A stretch of 64,000 bases of DNA, from NCBI GenBank assembly GCA_947599835.1, contig CANQFQ010000007.1, forward strand, positions 2,972 through 66,971, in the 5' to 3' direction. Both the position numbers and the translations under genes were made by a program. Every line of letters begins with the position of its first letter. Position 1 is the first letter of the stretch. The notes below the pieces were generated by a model. The model was not told where the DNA came from, ran no database searches, and was given only the letters and a program-made list of their open reading frames with translations. This document shows positions 10,350 to 19,497 of the stretch, one piece after another. Source of the DNA: an uncultured Bacilli bacterium. Its GTDB lineage: Bacteria; Bacillota_I; Bacilli_A; RFN20; CAG-631.

Positions 10350-10409
10350 AAAAACCTTCATTTAAAATTAAAAATGTTGTCGATAGAAAGGAATTTATAT
10401 TAAATTCTT

Positions 10410-11060
10410 CTAACTGTTTTTTAATCTTGTCGCAATCTTGTCAAAGCCCCAAATAATCCAAGCACCAATACTATTTCCCAAAGTAATTAATAGTAGATAA
10501 CCAACCCATTTAAAACTCCATGCCTTTGCAACTGTAACATAATACATATCTGCAATCACGTGTTCAAAGCCACATAAAATAAAAACGCTAATACAACCAA
10601 AAATGGCAACGATTTTAAATATAGGGTGTAACTCTTTGATTTTTTGCGTATGCACGGCAAGATGAACTAACATCCCACAAAAAATAGCTAGAATTAAAAC
10701 GCCATACCAACTTTCACTAGCTTTAGCATCTACTACTGCCTTTGCGTAGTTTTGAAATGCTAAATCAAAAAATCTCGTTTGTTGAAACAATAAGGCAACA
10801 ATGACCGTTCCAATTAAATTGGCAAACCACATAATGACTAAATCGATAATATAGGTCCACTTTTTTTCAAAAACATATCCAACACGGCCAGTAAATAATG
10901 CAAATGAATAGCAAATTATAATAAATAAGCCAATACAAAATAAAAAAGCACCCATGATTTTTGAAGTTGGAGCTACCGATAAATAAACGGTGCCACCAAT
11001 CGCAATACAAATTCCTGATGCAATTCCCATTAAAGATAAATATAAATATTTTTTAAACAT
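10410..11060 (-). CDS. Formate/nitrite transporter (FNT) family channel, short form
   Basis: Multi-TM protein with a GFEHVIADMYY motif resembling the FNT CGFEHSVANM signature. It is only 216 aa. Confidence 0.55.
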   Translation of the reverse strand: MFKKYLYLSLMGIASGICIAIGGTVYLSVAPTSKIMGAFLFCIGLFIIICYSFALFTGRVGYVFEKKWTYIIDLVIMWFANLIGTVIVALLFQQTRFFDLAFQNYAKAVVDAKASESWYGVLILAIFCGMLVHLAVHTQKIKELHPIFKIVAIFGCISVFILCGFEHVIADMYYVTVAKAWSFKWVGYLLLITLGNSIGAWIIWGFDKIATRLKNS

Positions 11061-11159
11061 ACTCGATCACCTTTATTTCATTTTATCAAAACCATCATAA
11101 AGTTTAAACTTTTTTCAAAATTTTGTGTATAATTATATAGAAATGTAGGGAGTGAAACT

Positions 11160-12323
11160 ATGATACGTTTTCTTATTAAAAAAACCATTAAGAATTCAGA
11201 CCAAGTCAAAAACAAAAAAGTTAGAGCTGCCTACCATATTTTAAGTGGTGTTTTAGGAATTATTTGCAATTTCTTTTTATTTCTTTTGAAATTAATTATT
11301 GGACTCATTAGCAAAAGTATAAGTGTCATTTCTGATGCATTAAATAATTTAACCGATTTAGCTTCTTCGGTGATTTCTATTTTAGGGGCTAAATTAAGCA
11401 ATAAAAAACCAGATAGAGGGCATCCTTATGGCCACGGCCGCTCAGAGTATATTGCCTCATTAATTGTTTCATTTATTATTGTTTTCACTGGTGCACAATT
11501 AATGATTTCTTCCATCGAACACATCCAACAAAATCGAAAACCAGTGTTTAATTTAATATTACTCATTGTTCTTTCTTTATCCGTTTTTGTAAAAATATGG
11601 ATGTTTATTTATAATCGATATATGGCCAAAAAAATTAATTCATTGATTTTAAAATCCGTTTCTTACGATAGTTTAAGTGATGTTTTAACCACTAGCATCG
11701 TGGTCATTAGTTTGATTATCAATCGCTATGTTAATTTTTCAATTGATGGTGTTGTAGGTATTCTAATCTCCTTATTTATTATTTATAATGGCTTAAAATT
11801 GATGATAGAAACGTCTAAAACCTTACTTGGAAAACAAGCTGACATTGAATTAATTCATACTATAGAAGTTTTTTCCTTAAATGAACCTGGAGTGTTAGGC
11901 GTACACGATTTATTAATTCATGATTATGGGCCTGGTAGAATGATAGCATCGATGCATGTTGAAGTATCAGACAAGGAAAACATCGTTAAAATTCATGAAT
12001 TAATCGACAATTTAGAAACAAAAATTTTAGAGCAATTCAATATTCAAATGGTTATTCATATGGACCCCGTATCGATGGATGATCAAAAATATAAAGAATT
12101 ACATCGACGATTGGAAACTTGGATTAAAGAAACTAAAAAAGATATTTCTTTTCACGATTTAAGAATTGTTTTTAAAGAAAATTACTATAAAATTAGTTTT
12201 GATTTAAATTTTAATTATCAAATTCATGAAAATGAAAAAAATGATTTCATTTCCGATATTACAAATAAAATAAATCTACTCTATCCGCATTGCATATTGA
12301 AAATTAACACGGATTATCATTAA
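11160..12323 (+). CDS. Cation diffusion facilitator (CDF) family metal efflux transporter
   Basis: Six-TM N-terminal domain with HxxxD-type motifs (SVISDALNNLTD, HGRSEY) plus the C-terminal cytoplasmic domain typical of CzcD/MntE. GGGAGTG SD. Confidence 0.8.
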   Translation: MIRFLIKKTIKNSDQVKNKKVRAAYHILSGVLGIICNFFLFLLKLIIGLISKSISVISDALNNLTDLASSVISILGAKLSNKKPDRGHPYGHGRSEYIASLIVSFIIVFTGAQLMISSIEHIQQNRKPVFNLILLIVLSLSVFVKIWMFIYNRYMAKKINSLILKSVSYDSLSDVLTTSIVVISLIINRYVNFSIDGVVGILISLFIIYNGLKLMIETSKTLLGKQADIELIHTIEVFSLNEPGVLGVHDLLIHDYGPGRMIASMHVEVSDKENIVKIHELIDNLETKILEQFNIQMVIHMDPVSMDDQKYKELHRRLETWIKETKKDISFHDLRIVFKENYYKISFDLNFNYQIHENEKNDFISDITNKINLLYPHCILKINTDYH

Positions 12324-12360
12324 AATATTTTTTATTTTGTAATCATGAATCATTTTTTGT

Positions 12361-12792
12361 CTAATTTGACTCATTTTCTTTTTCGTGTTCTTTTTCTTTT
12401 TTTAAATTGTTATTTTCTAATAACAATTTTTTTGTAACAAAATTCCAAATCATAACAATCACTGTAGCAACTAATTTATCAATTAAATAACTAATGTGTA
12501 GTAAATCGTCGCCGATATACATGATTAAAAGATTAATTAATAATCCTATTACACTCGTAATAACAAATATCAATATTTCTTTTTTCTTGGATAAATTTTC
12601 TTTTGCTTTGAAAACAAATTTCATACTCAATAAATAATTTACAACTAAGGAAATAGTAAATGATAAACCGGTAGAAACAACGGTATTCCAATGAAAAACT
12701 TCTACAAAAAGCACCATTAAAGAATAATCGATAACAAAAGCAATTACACCAACTATTCCAAATTTAATCATTTGGATCAATAATTTCTTCAT
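12361..12792 (-). CDS. gtrA: GtrA-family membrane protein (lipid-linked glycan translocation)
   Basis: KFGIVGVIAFVIDYSLMVLF ... NYLLSMKFVF matches the GtrA family. The ATG at 12792 has an AAGGG SD; the track start at 12810 is an upstream extension. Confidence 0.65.
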   Translation of the reverse strand: MKKLLIQMIKFGIVGVIAFVIDYSLMVLFVEVFHWNTVVSTGLSFTISLVVNYLLSMKFVFKAKENLSKKKEILIFVITSVIGLLINLLIMYIGDDLLHISYLIDKLVATVIVMIWNFVTKKLLLENNNLKKEKEHEKENESN

Positions 12793-12922
12793 TGTTGCCC
12801 TTCTTTCCACTTTTTCATCTACATTATAATATGATCTTGATTTTTATTCTACTTTTTTCATAAAAATTCAAATTTCAGCCAAAAAAGCAATAAAATTTAT
12901 CTTAATTTGCCTTATGAAAGCA

Positions 12923-12953
12923 ATAAAAGTCCTAAAACTAGGACTTTTTTTGG
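12923..12953. terminator. Bidirectional intrinsic terminator downstream of tRNA-Thr
   Basis: AGTCCTA-AAAC-TAGGACT hairpin flanked by an A-run and a T-run. Confidence 0.55.
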
Positions 12954-12958
12954 AAAAA

Positions 12959-13032
12959 TGGTGCCAATACGGTGAATCGAACACCGAACTAATCCTTACC
13001 ATGGATTTGTTATGCCATTTAACTATATTGGC
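12959..13032 (-). tRNA. tRNA-Thr (anticodon GGU)
   Basis: Hand-folded cloverleaf on the minus strand: acceptor GCCAATA/TATTGGC, T-arm GGTG-TTCGATT-CACC, anticodon loop AUGGUAA, 3' ACCA. Confidence 0.8.
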
Positions 13033-13073
13033 AAGCAAATACTATTTTATCATATTTGCAGCATTTGTCAAAA

Positions 13074-13616
13074 TTATATAAAATTTTCTAACATAAATTG
13101 TTTAATTTGATCCATTATTTGTGAGTTTAATGTAATTTTCCCGTTTTCTTTTTTACTCATTCGATTAATTCTGCGTTTACAAATTGATCGAATTGCATCT
13201 AATTTTAAATATGAATGGGCGTTTGCCGTTGTTTCTGTATTCAATTCATCAATAACCCCTAAGTCCAAAGATAATTTAGATCCATGTATTGGCTTACTAG
13301 ATAAAGGAATGACGATAACATTTCCTAAATCAATGGCCCACACCACTGCATAATGTCCTTTCTTGTGATGATCAGATAATTCTGTTCCAACATTGATTCC
13401 AAACTCTACCCAAACGACATCTCCCTTACTCAAATCATCGGGTTGTGGACAATAACTACTTTTTTGTGTTGTTTGTTTTAAATAATTTGCCTTTCTATCG
13501 AACCAATCTGCAAATTCTAAAGCCACCTCAGAATCTAAAGTAGCTAATTTCTTTTCGATACTTTTTGTGATTTTTAAAAATTTTTGATGTGCTTTAAAAT
13601 CACTTTGAAATTTCAA
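13074..13616 (-). CDS. MazF/PemK-fold protein with ~60-aa N-terminal extension (TTG start)
   Basis: KGDVVWVEFG...HHKKGHYAVVW...VIPLSS...LNSQIMDQIKQ parallels MazF/PemK (GDLIWVDFDP...HRPAVVL...CVPCTT...). GAAGGTGA SD plus a TTG start 15 nt after the rimO stop. Confidence 0.5.
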   Translation of the reverse strand: MKFQSDFKAHQKFLKITKSIEKKLATLDSEVALEFADWFDRKANYLKQTTQKSSYCPQPDDLSKGDVVWVEFGINVGTELSDHHKKGHYAVVWAIDLGNVIVIPLSSKPIHGSKLSLDLGVIDELNTETTANAHSYLKLDAIRSICKRRINRMSKKENGKITLNSQIMDQIKQFMLENFI

Positions 13617-13631
13617 ACAAACATCACCTTC

Positions 13632-14927
13632 TTATTTCTCGATAGCAACTCCTTCTATATCATATGCATAAGCCTTTGTAATTTTAACTAGAACATATTC
13701 TCCAATAAAAAGCTTTTTAGCACTTTTCACAATAACATGTCCATCGATATCATCAGGAGCATATAAATAACTTCTGCCATAATAATTATTGCCATCAAAG
13801 TTTTCAATTAAAACAAGATGTGTTTGATTTATACGTTTTAAATTATTATTATAAGAAATTTCGTGTTGTATTTGCATAATTTCTTTTTTTCTTTTTTCAG
13901 CCAAATTTTTATTTACTTGTAAAGACATCCGATATGCTTTTGTATCTTCTTCTTTAGAATAAGTAAAAACGCCTAAATGATCAAATTGAATTTCTTGAAT
14001 AAATTGCTTTAAATCCTCAAAATCTTCTTTGCTTTCGGATGGAAATCCAACAATAAGCGTTGTTCTAAAAACTGCATTAGGAATTTTTCTTTTAATTTTA
14101 TTAATAACTTCTCGATAAAGTTCCTTAGTCCCTGTACGATTCATTTGTTTTAGCAAGCGATTGCTGCTGTGTTGAATCGGAATATCAAAATAAGGAAAAA
14201 TATTGGAATATCTTTCAAAAACATGAATCAAGGCATCACTAATGCGATCAGGATATAAATATAACAACCGAATAAAGACTTTGGTATCTAGTTTTGCAAT
14301 ATCTTCTAAAAGATTTTCTAAAAAGTAATTTGAATAAATGTCTTTTCCATAACGCGTTGTATCTTGAGCAATAATGACAATTTCTTTAACCCCGATATGA
14401 ATCAAATGTTGTGCTTCTTTGAGTATTTGTTCTTTTTTATAACTATTAAACGGACCTCTAATCAGTGGAATAGCACAATAAGAACAACAATTCGAGCATC
14501 CTTCACCGATTTTTAAATAAGCAAACGGTAAATAGGAAGTTAAAACTCGATCTTCGACTTCAAAAGTTTCCTTCATTTTTGATTTAAAAAGTTTATTTAA
14601 CAAGGTTCCAATATGTGCATATTCATCCACCCCAATAATTAAATCAATTTCAGGGATTTCTTGTAAAAGTTCTTTTTTATACCGCTTAGCTAAACATCCA
14701 ACGACAATAAGTAAAGTGTCTTTTTTCTTGTTTTGAATTACATCTAAAATGACTTGAATGGATTCTTTTTTTGCGTCCTCAATAAAACCACAAGTATTAA
14801 TAATAATGGCATCAGCCAATAAAAAATCATCCACAATTTCATTTTGTTCTTTTTTTAATAATCCTAAAATCCATTCGCTATCCACTAAATTTTTAGCACA
14901 GCCTAAAGAAATCATTCCAATTTTCAT
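13632..14927 (-). CDS. rimO: Radical-SAM methylthiotransferase, RimO-like (MiaB family)
   Basis: MKIGMISLGCAKNLVDSE N-terminus; CxxxCxxC radical-SAM motif (CSYCAIP); C-terminal TRAM domain. Confidence 0.7.
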   Translation of the reverse strand: MKIGMISLGCAKNLVDSEWILGLLKKEQNEIVDDFLLADAIIINTCGFIEDAKKESIQVILDVIQNKKKDTLLIVVGCLAKRYKKELLQEIPEIDLIIGVDEYAHIGTLLNKLFKSKMKETFEVEDRVLTSYLPFAYLKIGEGCSNCCSYCAIPLIRGPFNSYKKEQILKEAQHLIHIGVKEIVIIAQDTTRYGKDIYSNYFLENLLEDIAKLDTKVFIRLLYLYPDRISDALIHVFERYSNIFPYFDIPIQHSSNRLLKQMNRTGTKELYREVINKIKRKIPNAVFRTTLIVGFPSESKEDFEDLKQFIQEIQFDHLGVFTYSKEEDTKAYRMSLQVNKNLAEKRKKEIMQIQHEISYNNNLKRINQTHLVLIENFDGNNYYGRSYLYAPDDIDGHVIVKSAKKLFIGEYVLVKITKAYAYDIEGVAIEK

Positions 14928-14941
14928 TCTACATTTTTCCT

Positions 14942-15889
14942 TTATTTTATTAATTCATCTAATTCCTCTACAATTTGCATTGTTTCTTCATAATTTTTGG
15001 CTTTTGCACCTGAAGCATTCTTATGACCGCCACCTTGATGTCTAGAAGCCACTTCATTAACAGCGATTTGCCGGCTGCGAATACTTACAGACCAAATTCC
15101 TTTTTCAATATCTTCAGTAAATGTTACCCAAATTCGTGATTCATCATAACCAGAAAATAAATTAACATACGCTTTGACTCTTTCACGAATAATATTTAAT
15201 TCTTTTAATGTTCTATCATCAATATGTGTATAAATAACTCCATGTTTACTGATTTTATAATGATTATAAAAATATTTTAAAATTTTAATATCATCGATAC
15301 TTTTTGAAAACATTTTTTCATAAATATCTTCAATATTAATTTTTGATTGCATTAAATAAGCTGCTATTTCAAAACTTCTTGCGCTTGTAGAACTATATCT
15401 AAAACAACCATTATCTCCCACTAAACCGCTATAAAAATAAGCCGCTGCGGTAGGCTGGATTGGATATTTTTTATATGACTTGATCATTTCTACAACCAAT
15501 TCGCAAGCAGCACTATAATCACTTTTTACAATTTCTACCACACCAAAATTTTCACACAAAATATGATGATCAATTTTTATCGTCATACTTGCTTTTTCTA
15601 TAAATGCTTTGCCATCTATTCTATCAAAGTTTGCTGTGTCTAAGATTATCACTAAATAGGGTTCTTCAACGTTCTCTATTTTATCCGTTTGTGGATAAAT
15701 TTTATTGGTAAAAATCGGATGATCAGCACCTATAGCATAAACTTTTTTGTTTTTAAAATTATCTTGAATCCAAGCTTTCGTTCCAAATTGACAGCCTAAA
15801 GCATCATAATCAGGAAGTTCATGTCTTAAAATAACGATAGATTCATATTTTTTTATCGCTTTTAAAACTTTTGAATATTGTTTATCCAT
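14942..15889 (-). CDS. nrnA: DHH/DHHA1 nanoRNase / pAp phosphatase
   Basis: DHH motif plus the C-terminal GGGH motif (HQGGGHKNASGAKA). Start placed at the ATG (MDKQYSK) 4 nt after the ackA stop; the track TTG start at 15925 would overlap ackA. Confidence 0.75.
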   Translation of the reverse strand: MDKQYSKVLKAIKKYESIVILRHELPDYDALGCQFGTKAWIQDNFKNKKVYAIGADHPIFTNKIYPQTDKIENVEEPYLVIILDTANFDRIDGKAFIEKASMTIKIDHHILCENFGVVEIVKSDYSAACELVVEMIKSYKKYPIQPTAAAYFYSGLVGDNGCFRYSSTSARSFEIAAYLMQSKINIEDIYEKMFSKSIDDIKILKYFYNHYKISKHGVIYTHIDDRTLKELNIIRERVKAYVNLFSGYDESRIWVTFTEDIEKGIWSVSIRSRQIAVNEVASRHQGGGHKNASGAKAKNYEETMQIVEELDELIK

Positions 15890-17078
15890 TTTTTTGTTGC
15901 AATAGTTCGTAGGTATCTCGAACAATCATTAATTCTTCATTCGTAGGTATGATAAGCACTTTAATTTTGGATTGTGCGGTGGAAATTATTTTTCCAAATT
16001 CAAATTCTTGGGCCATTTCCTCATTAACTTCAATACCTAAGGCTTGGGAAATCATTGGCATTAACATTTTGCGTGTTGTAATCGAATTTTCACCAACACC
16101 CGCCGTAAATACAAGAACATCACATCCACCTAATTCTACAAAATAGGATCCTATCGTTTGTGCCACTCTTGTGCAATATACTTTTTTAGCTAACAAAGCT
16201 AAATGCTTATTTTCAGCAATGCCTTTATCAACGTCACGCATATCGCTTGATAATTCAGAAAGTCCTGCAAGACCCGATTTTTTATTTAAAATATTATTCA
16301 TTTCTTGTGGTGTCAAATTTTCTTTTTCCATAATATATAAAACAAGCGAAGGGTCTAAATCCCCACTTCTAGTTCCCATCATAATTCCACCAAGCGGAGT
16401 AAAGCCCATAGACGTATCTATACATTTACCATTCTTAATGGCACATAAAGATGCGCCCGAACCTAAATGACAAGAAATTAAGCGGTATTTTTTTGAATTT
16501 AAGTATTTTTCTACTATGGAAGCAATATATTTGTGAGAGGTACCATGAGCCCCATATCTACGAATTGCATATTTCGTATAATATTCATAAGGAATTGGAT
16601 AGATATAATTTTGTTCTTCCATTGTCCGATGATAAGCTGTATCGAAAACAAAAGTGTGAAATGCATTAGGCAATAATTCCTTAAATGCGCGATAACATTC
16701 TAGACTTGCTTTGTTATGTAAAGGTGCAAGTTGCGCTAAAAAGTCTACTTTAGCAATGGCATCATCGGTAACTTCTACAGTGCGATCAAAAAATTCCCCA
16801 CCTTGTACAACGCGATGTCCAGCGCCTTTAATTTCAGAAACATCACGAATAACTTTCATCTCTAAAATGGTTTTTAAAACAAGTTGAACGGCTTCTTTTT
16901 GATTTTTAACAGGTAATTTTCTTTCGGTTTTATTTCCTTGATATTTTACCGTAAATATGGAATCGTCAAAGCCAATTCTTTCGACTTGTCCACTAATAAT
17001 CACTTGTTCTTCTGGCATTTCGAGAATTTGAAATTTTAAAGATGAACTTCCGGCATTAACTGCAAATAATTTTTTCAT
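15882..17078 (-). CDS. ackA: Acetate kinase
   Basis: MKKLFAVNAGSSSLKFQI N-terminus and conserved AckA length and motifs. Confidence 0.9.
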   Translation of the reverse strand: MKKLFAVNAGSSSLKFQILEMPEEQVIISGQVERIGFDDSIFTVKYQGNKTERKLPVKNQKEAVQLVLKTILEMKVIRDVSEIKGAGHRVVQGGEFFDRTVEVTDDAIAKVDFLAQLAPLHNKASLECYRAFKELLPNAFHTFVFDTAYHRTMEEQNYIYPIPYEYYTKYAIRRYGAHGTSHKYIASIVEKYLNSKKYRLISCHLGSGASLCAIKNGKCIDTSMGFTPLGGIMMGTRSGDLDPSLVLYIMEKENLTPQEMNNILNKKSGLAGLSELSSDMRDVDKGIAENKHLALLAKKVYCTRVAQTIGSYFVELGGCDVLVFTAGVGENSITTRKMLMPMISQALGIEVNEEMAQEFEFGKIISTAQSKIKVLIIPTNEELMIVRDTYELLQQKNG

Positions 17079-17141
17079 ATATTTTCCTCCGCTTTAAGTA
17101 ACAATAGTATTTTACTATTGTTGCTTACAAATGTCAAAACA

Positions 17142-17975
17142 CTAACCTAAGGGTAGCAAAATATAAAATAAAGTATCTTCAGCTTGACTAATAATTTGAA
17201 TATTTCCGTTATGCTTTTTTATCATTTCATAGACACAATTTAATCCAACACCACTTCCCGATATTTCATCTCTTTGCGCGGTGCTAGAAACATTATTTAA
17301 AAATAAAACATTTCCTAAATGCGCATTCACATTTTCTTCTTTTTGTGCTTTTTTAATTAATTTATCAAAATTAATGGGTACTCCATCATTGCTAATTTTT
17401 AGTTTAATGTATTGGTTTGTACAAGAACCATTAAGCCGGATGACCATATCTTTACCTGTATAACCATGACTAATGGCGTTTTTGATGATTTGATACACAA
17501 TTTTATATACATCATTAGCGATTTCCTTTTCTAATCGATCTTTCGAATAAATCGGAATAATTTGTATTTTTTTATTTTCAATTAATGTCTTAAAATCGCT
17601 TTGAATGGTTAAAAATAACTCTTCTAAAGAGATGGTCGTTTGCATGGCAATTTGTTCAAATAAATAATATTCCATGACCTTAGATAAAAATTTTTCAATT
17701 TGAACATTTAAAATATAAACATCATCTTTTTGTGGATTTGACCGAATTAAATTGATATATTGTGTTTCTAATGCATGCAATATTTGGGTTTCTTTTTTTA
17801 ATTTTAAAAATCCTAAAGTTCCTTTCATGATATGAATCATGCGAAAACTTTCGTTCATTATTTTATCAATATCAACGAGAGAAAGATTGCTGGGATCTTT
17901 TAATATTTCATTTATTTTACAAAATCTTTGATAATCTAAAAGTAAACATTCTTTTAAAAAATGATCACTAACCAT
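17142..17975 (-). CDS. Orphan GHKL-ATPase kinase-like protein (anti-sigma-factor / histidine-kinase-type HATPase_c) with unknown N-terminal domain
   Basis: C-terminal N-box IIKNAISHGYTG, G1 ISNDG and G2 GSGVGL boxes resemble SpoIIAB/RsbW and histidine-kinase catalytic domains. The N-terminus has an HPt-like FRMIHIMKGTLGF motif. AAGGAG SD before the ATG at 17975. Confidence 0.5.
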   Translation of the reverse strand: MVSDHFLKECLLLDYQRFCKINEILKDPSNLSLVDIDKIMNESFRMIHIMKGTLGFLKLKKETQILHALETQYINLIRSNPQKDDVYILNVQIEKFLSKVMEYYLFEQIAMQTTISLEELFLTIQSDFKTLIENKKIQIIPIYSKDRLEKEIANDVYKIVYQIIKNAISHGYTGKDMVIRLNGSCTNQYIKLKISNDGVPINFDKLIKKAQKEENVNAHLGNVLFLNNVSSTAQRDEISGSGVGLNCVYEMIKKHNGNIQIISQAEDTLFYILLPLG

Positions 17976-18076
17976 AATAAAAACACTCCTTCCATTCAAC
18001 ATAATTCTACACAATTTCATATACGAATTTTATCGAAAAAAAGGCGTGTTTTAATTCTATTTTTGTCGTTTTTTAT

Positions 18077-18991
18077 CTATTTTTGTAATTGACTATAGGC
18101 TTTTGCAATTAATGCACCAACTTTGGCATTATTAAAAATTAATGCCTTATTAGCAGCAAGGCTTTGTCCTTGTGTTAGTTCGCTGATTCTTTTTAATAAA
18201 AATGGGGTAATATCTTTGCCTATTATCTTTTCTTTTTGTGCTTCTTTTAAGGCATCGTTAATAAAAACATTAATCTTATCATTAGGAATTTCTTCTTTTA
18301 ATGAAATGGGATTAGAAATTAATATACCCCCTTTTAAGTTTAAACTTCTTTTCGTTTGAATAATTTTTGCTGCTTCTTCTGCGTCTTTGACATTTGCATC
18401 TAATTTTAAATGACTCGTATGGCTATAAAACGCTGCCAATTCGTCACTTTGATAGCCAAGAACAGGAACGCCAAATGTTTCTAAGTATTCTAAGGTTAAT
18501 GGTAAATCTAATATTGCTTTTGCACCTGCGCATACGACCGTAACATTCGTATTTGCTAATTCTTGTAAATCAGCACTAATATCAAACGTTACATTCCCAT
18601 TTCGATGCACGCCACCAATTCCTCCAGTCACAAAAATTTCAATCTTCGCAAGAGATGCAAAATACATTGTCGTTGCTACTGTCGTTGCTCCCCATTGTTT
18701 CCGTGCCATAAGAATTGGCAAATCTCTTCGGCTTGCCTTAATAATGTCTTTTCTTGTCCCAAATTGTTGAATTTCCTCTTTTGACATACCAATAACAGCC
18801 ACCCCATCGATAATCCCGATGGTTGCTGGAATTGCACCATTTTCTCTTACAATTTGTTCTACTTTGAATGCAGTTTCGATGTTTTCAGGATAAGGCATCC
18901 CATGTGAAATAATCGTAGATTCCAACGCTACTACTGGTAAATGATTTTTTAATGCTTCCTTGATTTCATTACTGATTCGAATATTTAACAT
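18077..18991 (-). CDS. psuG: Pseudouridine-5'-phosphate glycosidase
   Basis: Full-length indigoidine-synthase-A-like/PsuG-like sequence (LESTIISHGMPYP...). Confidence 0.8.
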   Translation of the reverse strand: MLNIRISNEIKEALKNHLPVVALESTIISHGMPYPENIETAFKVEQIVRENGAIPATIGIIDGVAVIGMSKEEIQQFGTRKDIIKASRRDLPILMARKQWGATTVATTMYFASLAKIEIFVTGGIGGVHRNGNVTFDISADLQELANTNVTVVCAGAKAILDLPLTLEYLETFGVPVLGYQSDELAAFYSHTSHLKLDANVKDAEEAAKIIQTKRSLNLKGGILISNPISLKEEIPNDKINVFINDALKEAQKEKIIGKDITPFLLKRISELTQGQSLAANKALIFNNAKVGALIAKAYSQLQK

Positions 18992-19108
18992 AAAGTTCTA
19001 ACCTCGCTTTACAAAGTCATTTTATAATAAATCGTTTTCTTTTTAAATGTTTATTTTTTTATTAGAATCATATATAATAGGGATGTATATTTTTGAGGAG
19101 GAAACATT

Positions 19109-19291
19109 ATGGCAAAAGTTAGAGTTGATAAAGATACTTGCATTGGATGTGGTATGTGTGTTAGTTTAGCTTCCGCTGCCTTTGCTTTTGATGCAAGTGG
19201 AGAAAAAGCAGAAGCAATCACTGATGTTGTTGATAGTTCAGTTGAAGATGCTGCAGCTAATTGTCCAGTTCAAGCAATTGTTGTTGAATAA
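19109..19291 (+). CDS. Small 4Fe-4S ferredoxin
   Basis: CIGCGMC ... CPV cysteine pattern; GAGGAGG SD. Confidence 0.7.
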   Translation: MAKVRVDKDTCIGCGMCVSLASAAFAFDASGEKAEAITDVVDSSVEDAAANCPVQAIVVE

Positions 19292-19374
19292 TTAAAGTAT
19301 AAAATACGAAAATAATACTTCTAAAGTTGCCAAAAAATAATTTGTAGGTCTGCTTTGGAAGTATTTTTTTATAC

Positions 19375-19420
19375 AAAAAAGGCAAACAAATGTTTAAAAA
19401 ACAATTCATATTTGTTTGCC
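19375..19420 (-). terminator. Terminator of the ribU-like gene
   Basis: On the minus strand, GGCAAACAAAT...ATTTGTTTGCC 11-bp stem followed by TTTTTT. Confidence 0.5.
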
Positions 19421-19497
19421 ATAAAAATGAATGTGATTTAAAACGAACCATAAAATTAGAAAAAGAATACCTCAGTTTTTGCTAAGTCTAAATTCCC

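Noticed and set aside
12959-13032. tRNA-Thr as an integration hotspot (genomic island attachment site)
   Set aside because: No integrase, direct repeat of the tRNA 3' end or foreign-looking genes flank it. GtrA/CDF on one side and rimO/nrnA/ackA on the other are core genes.
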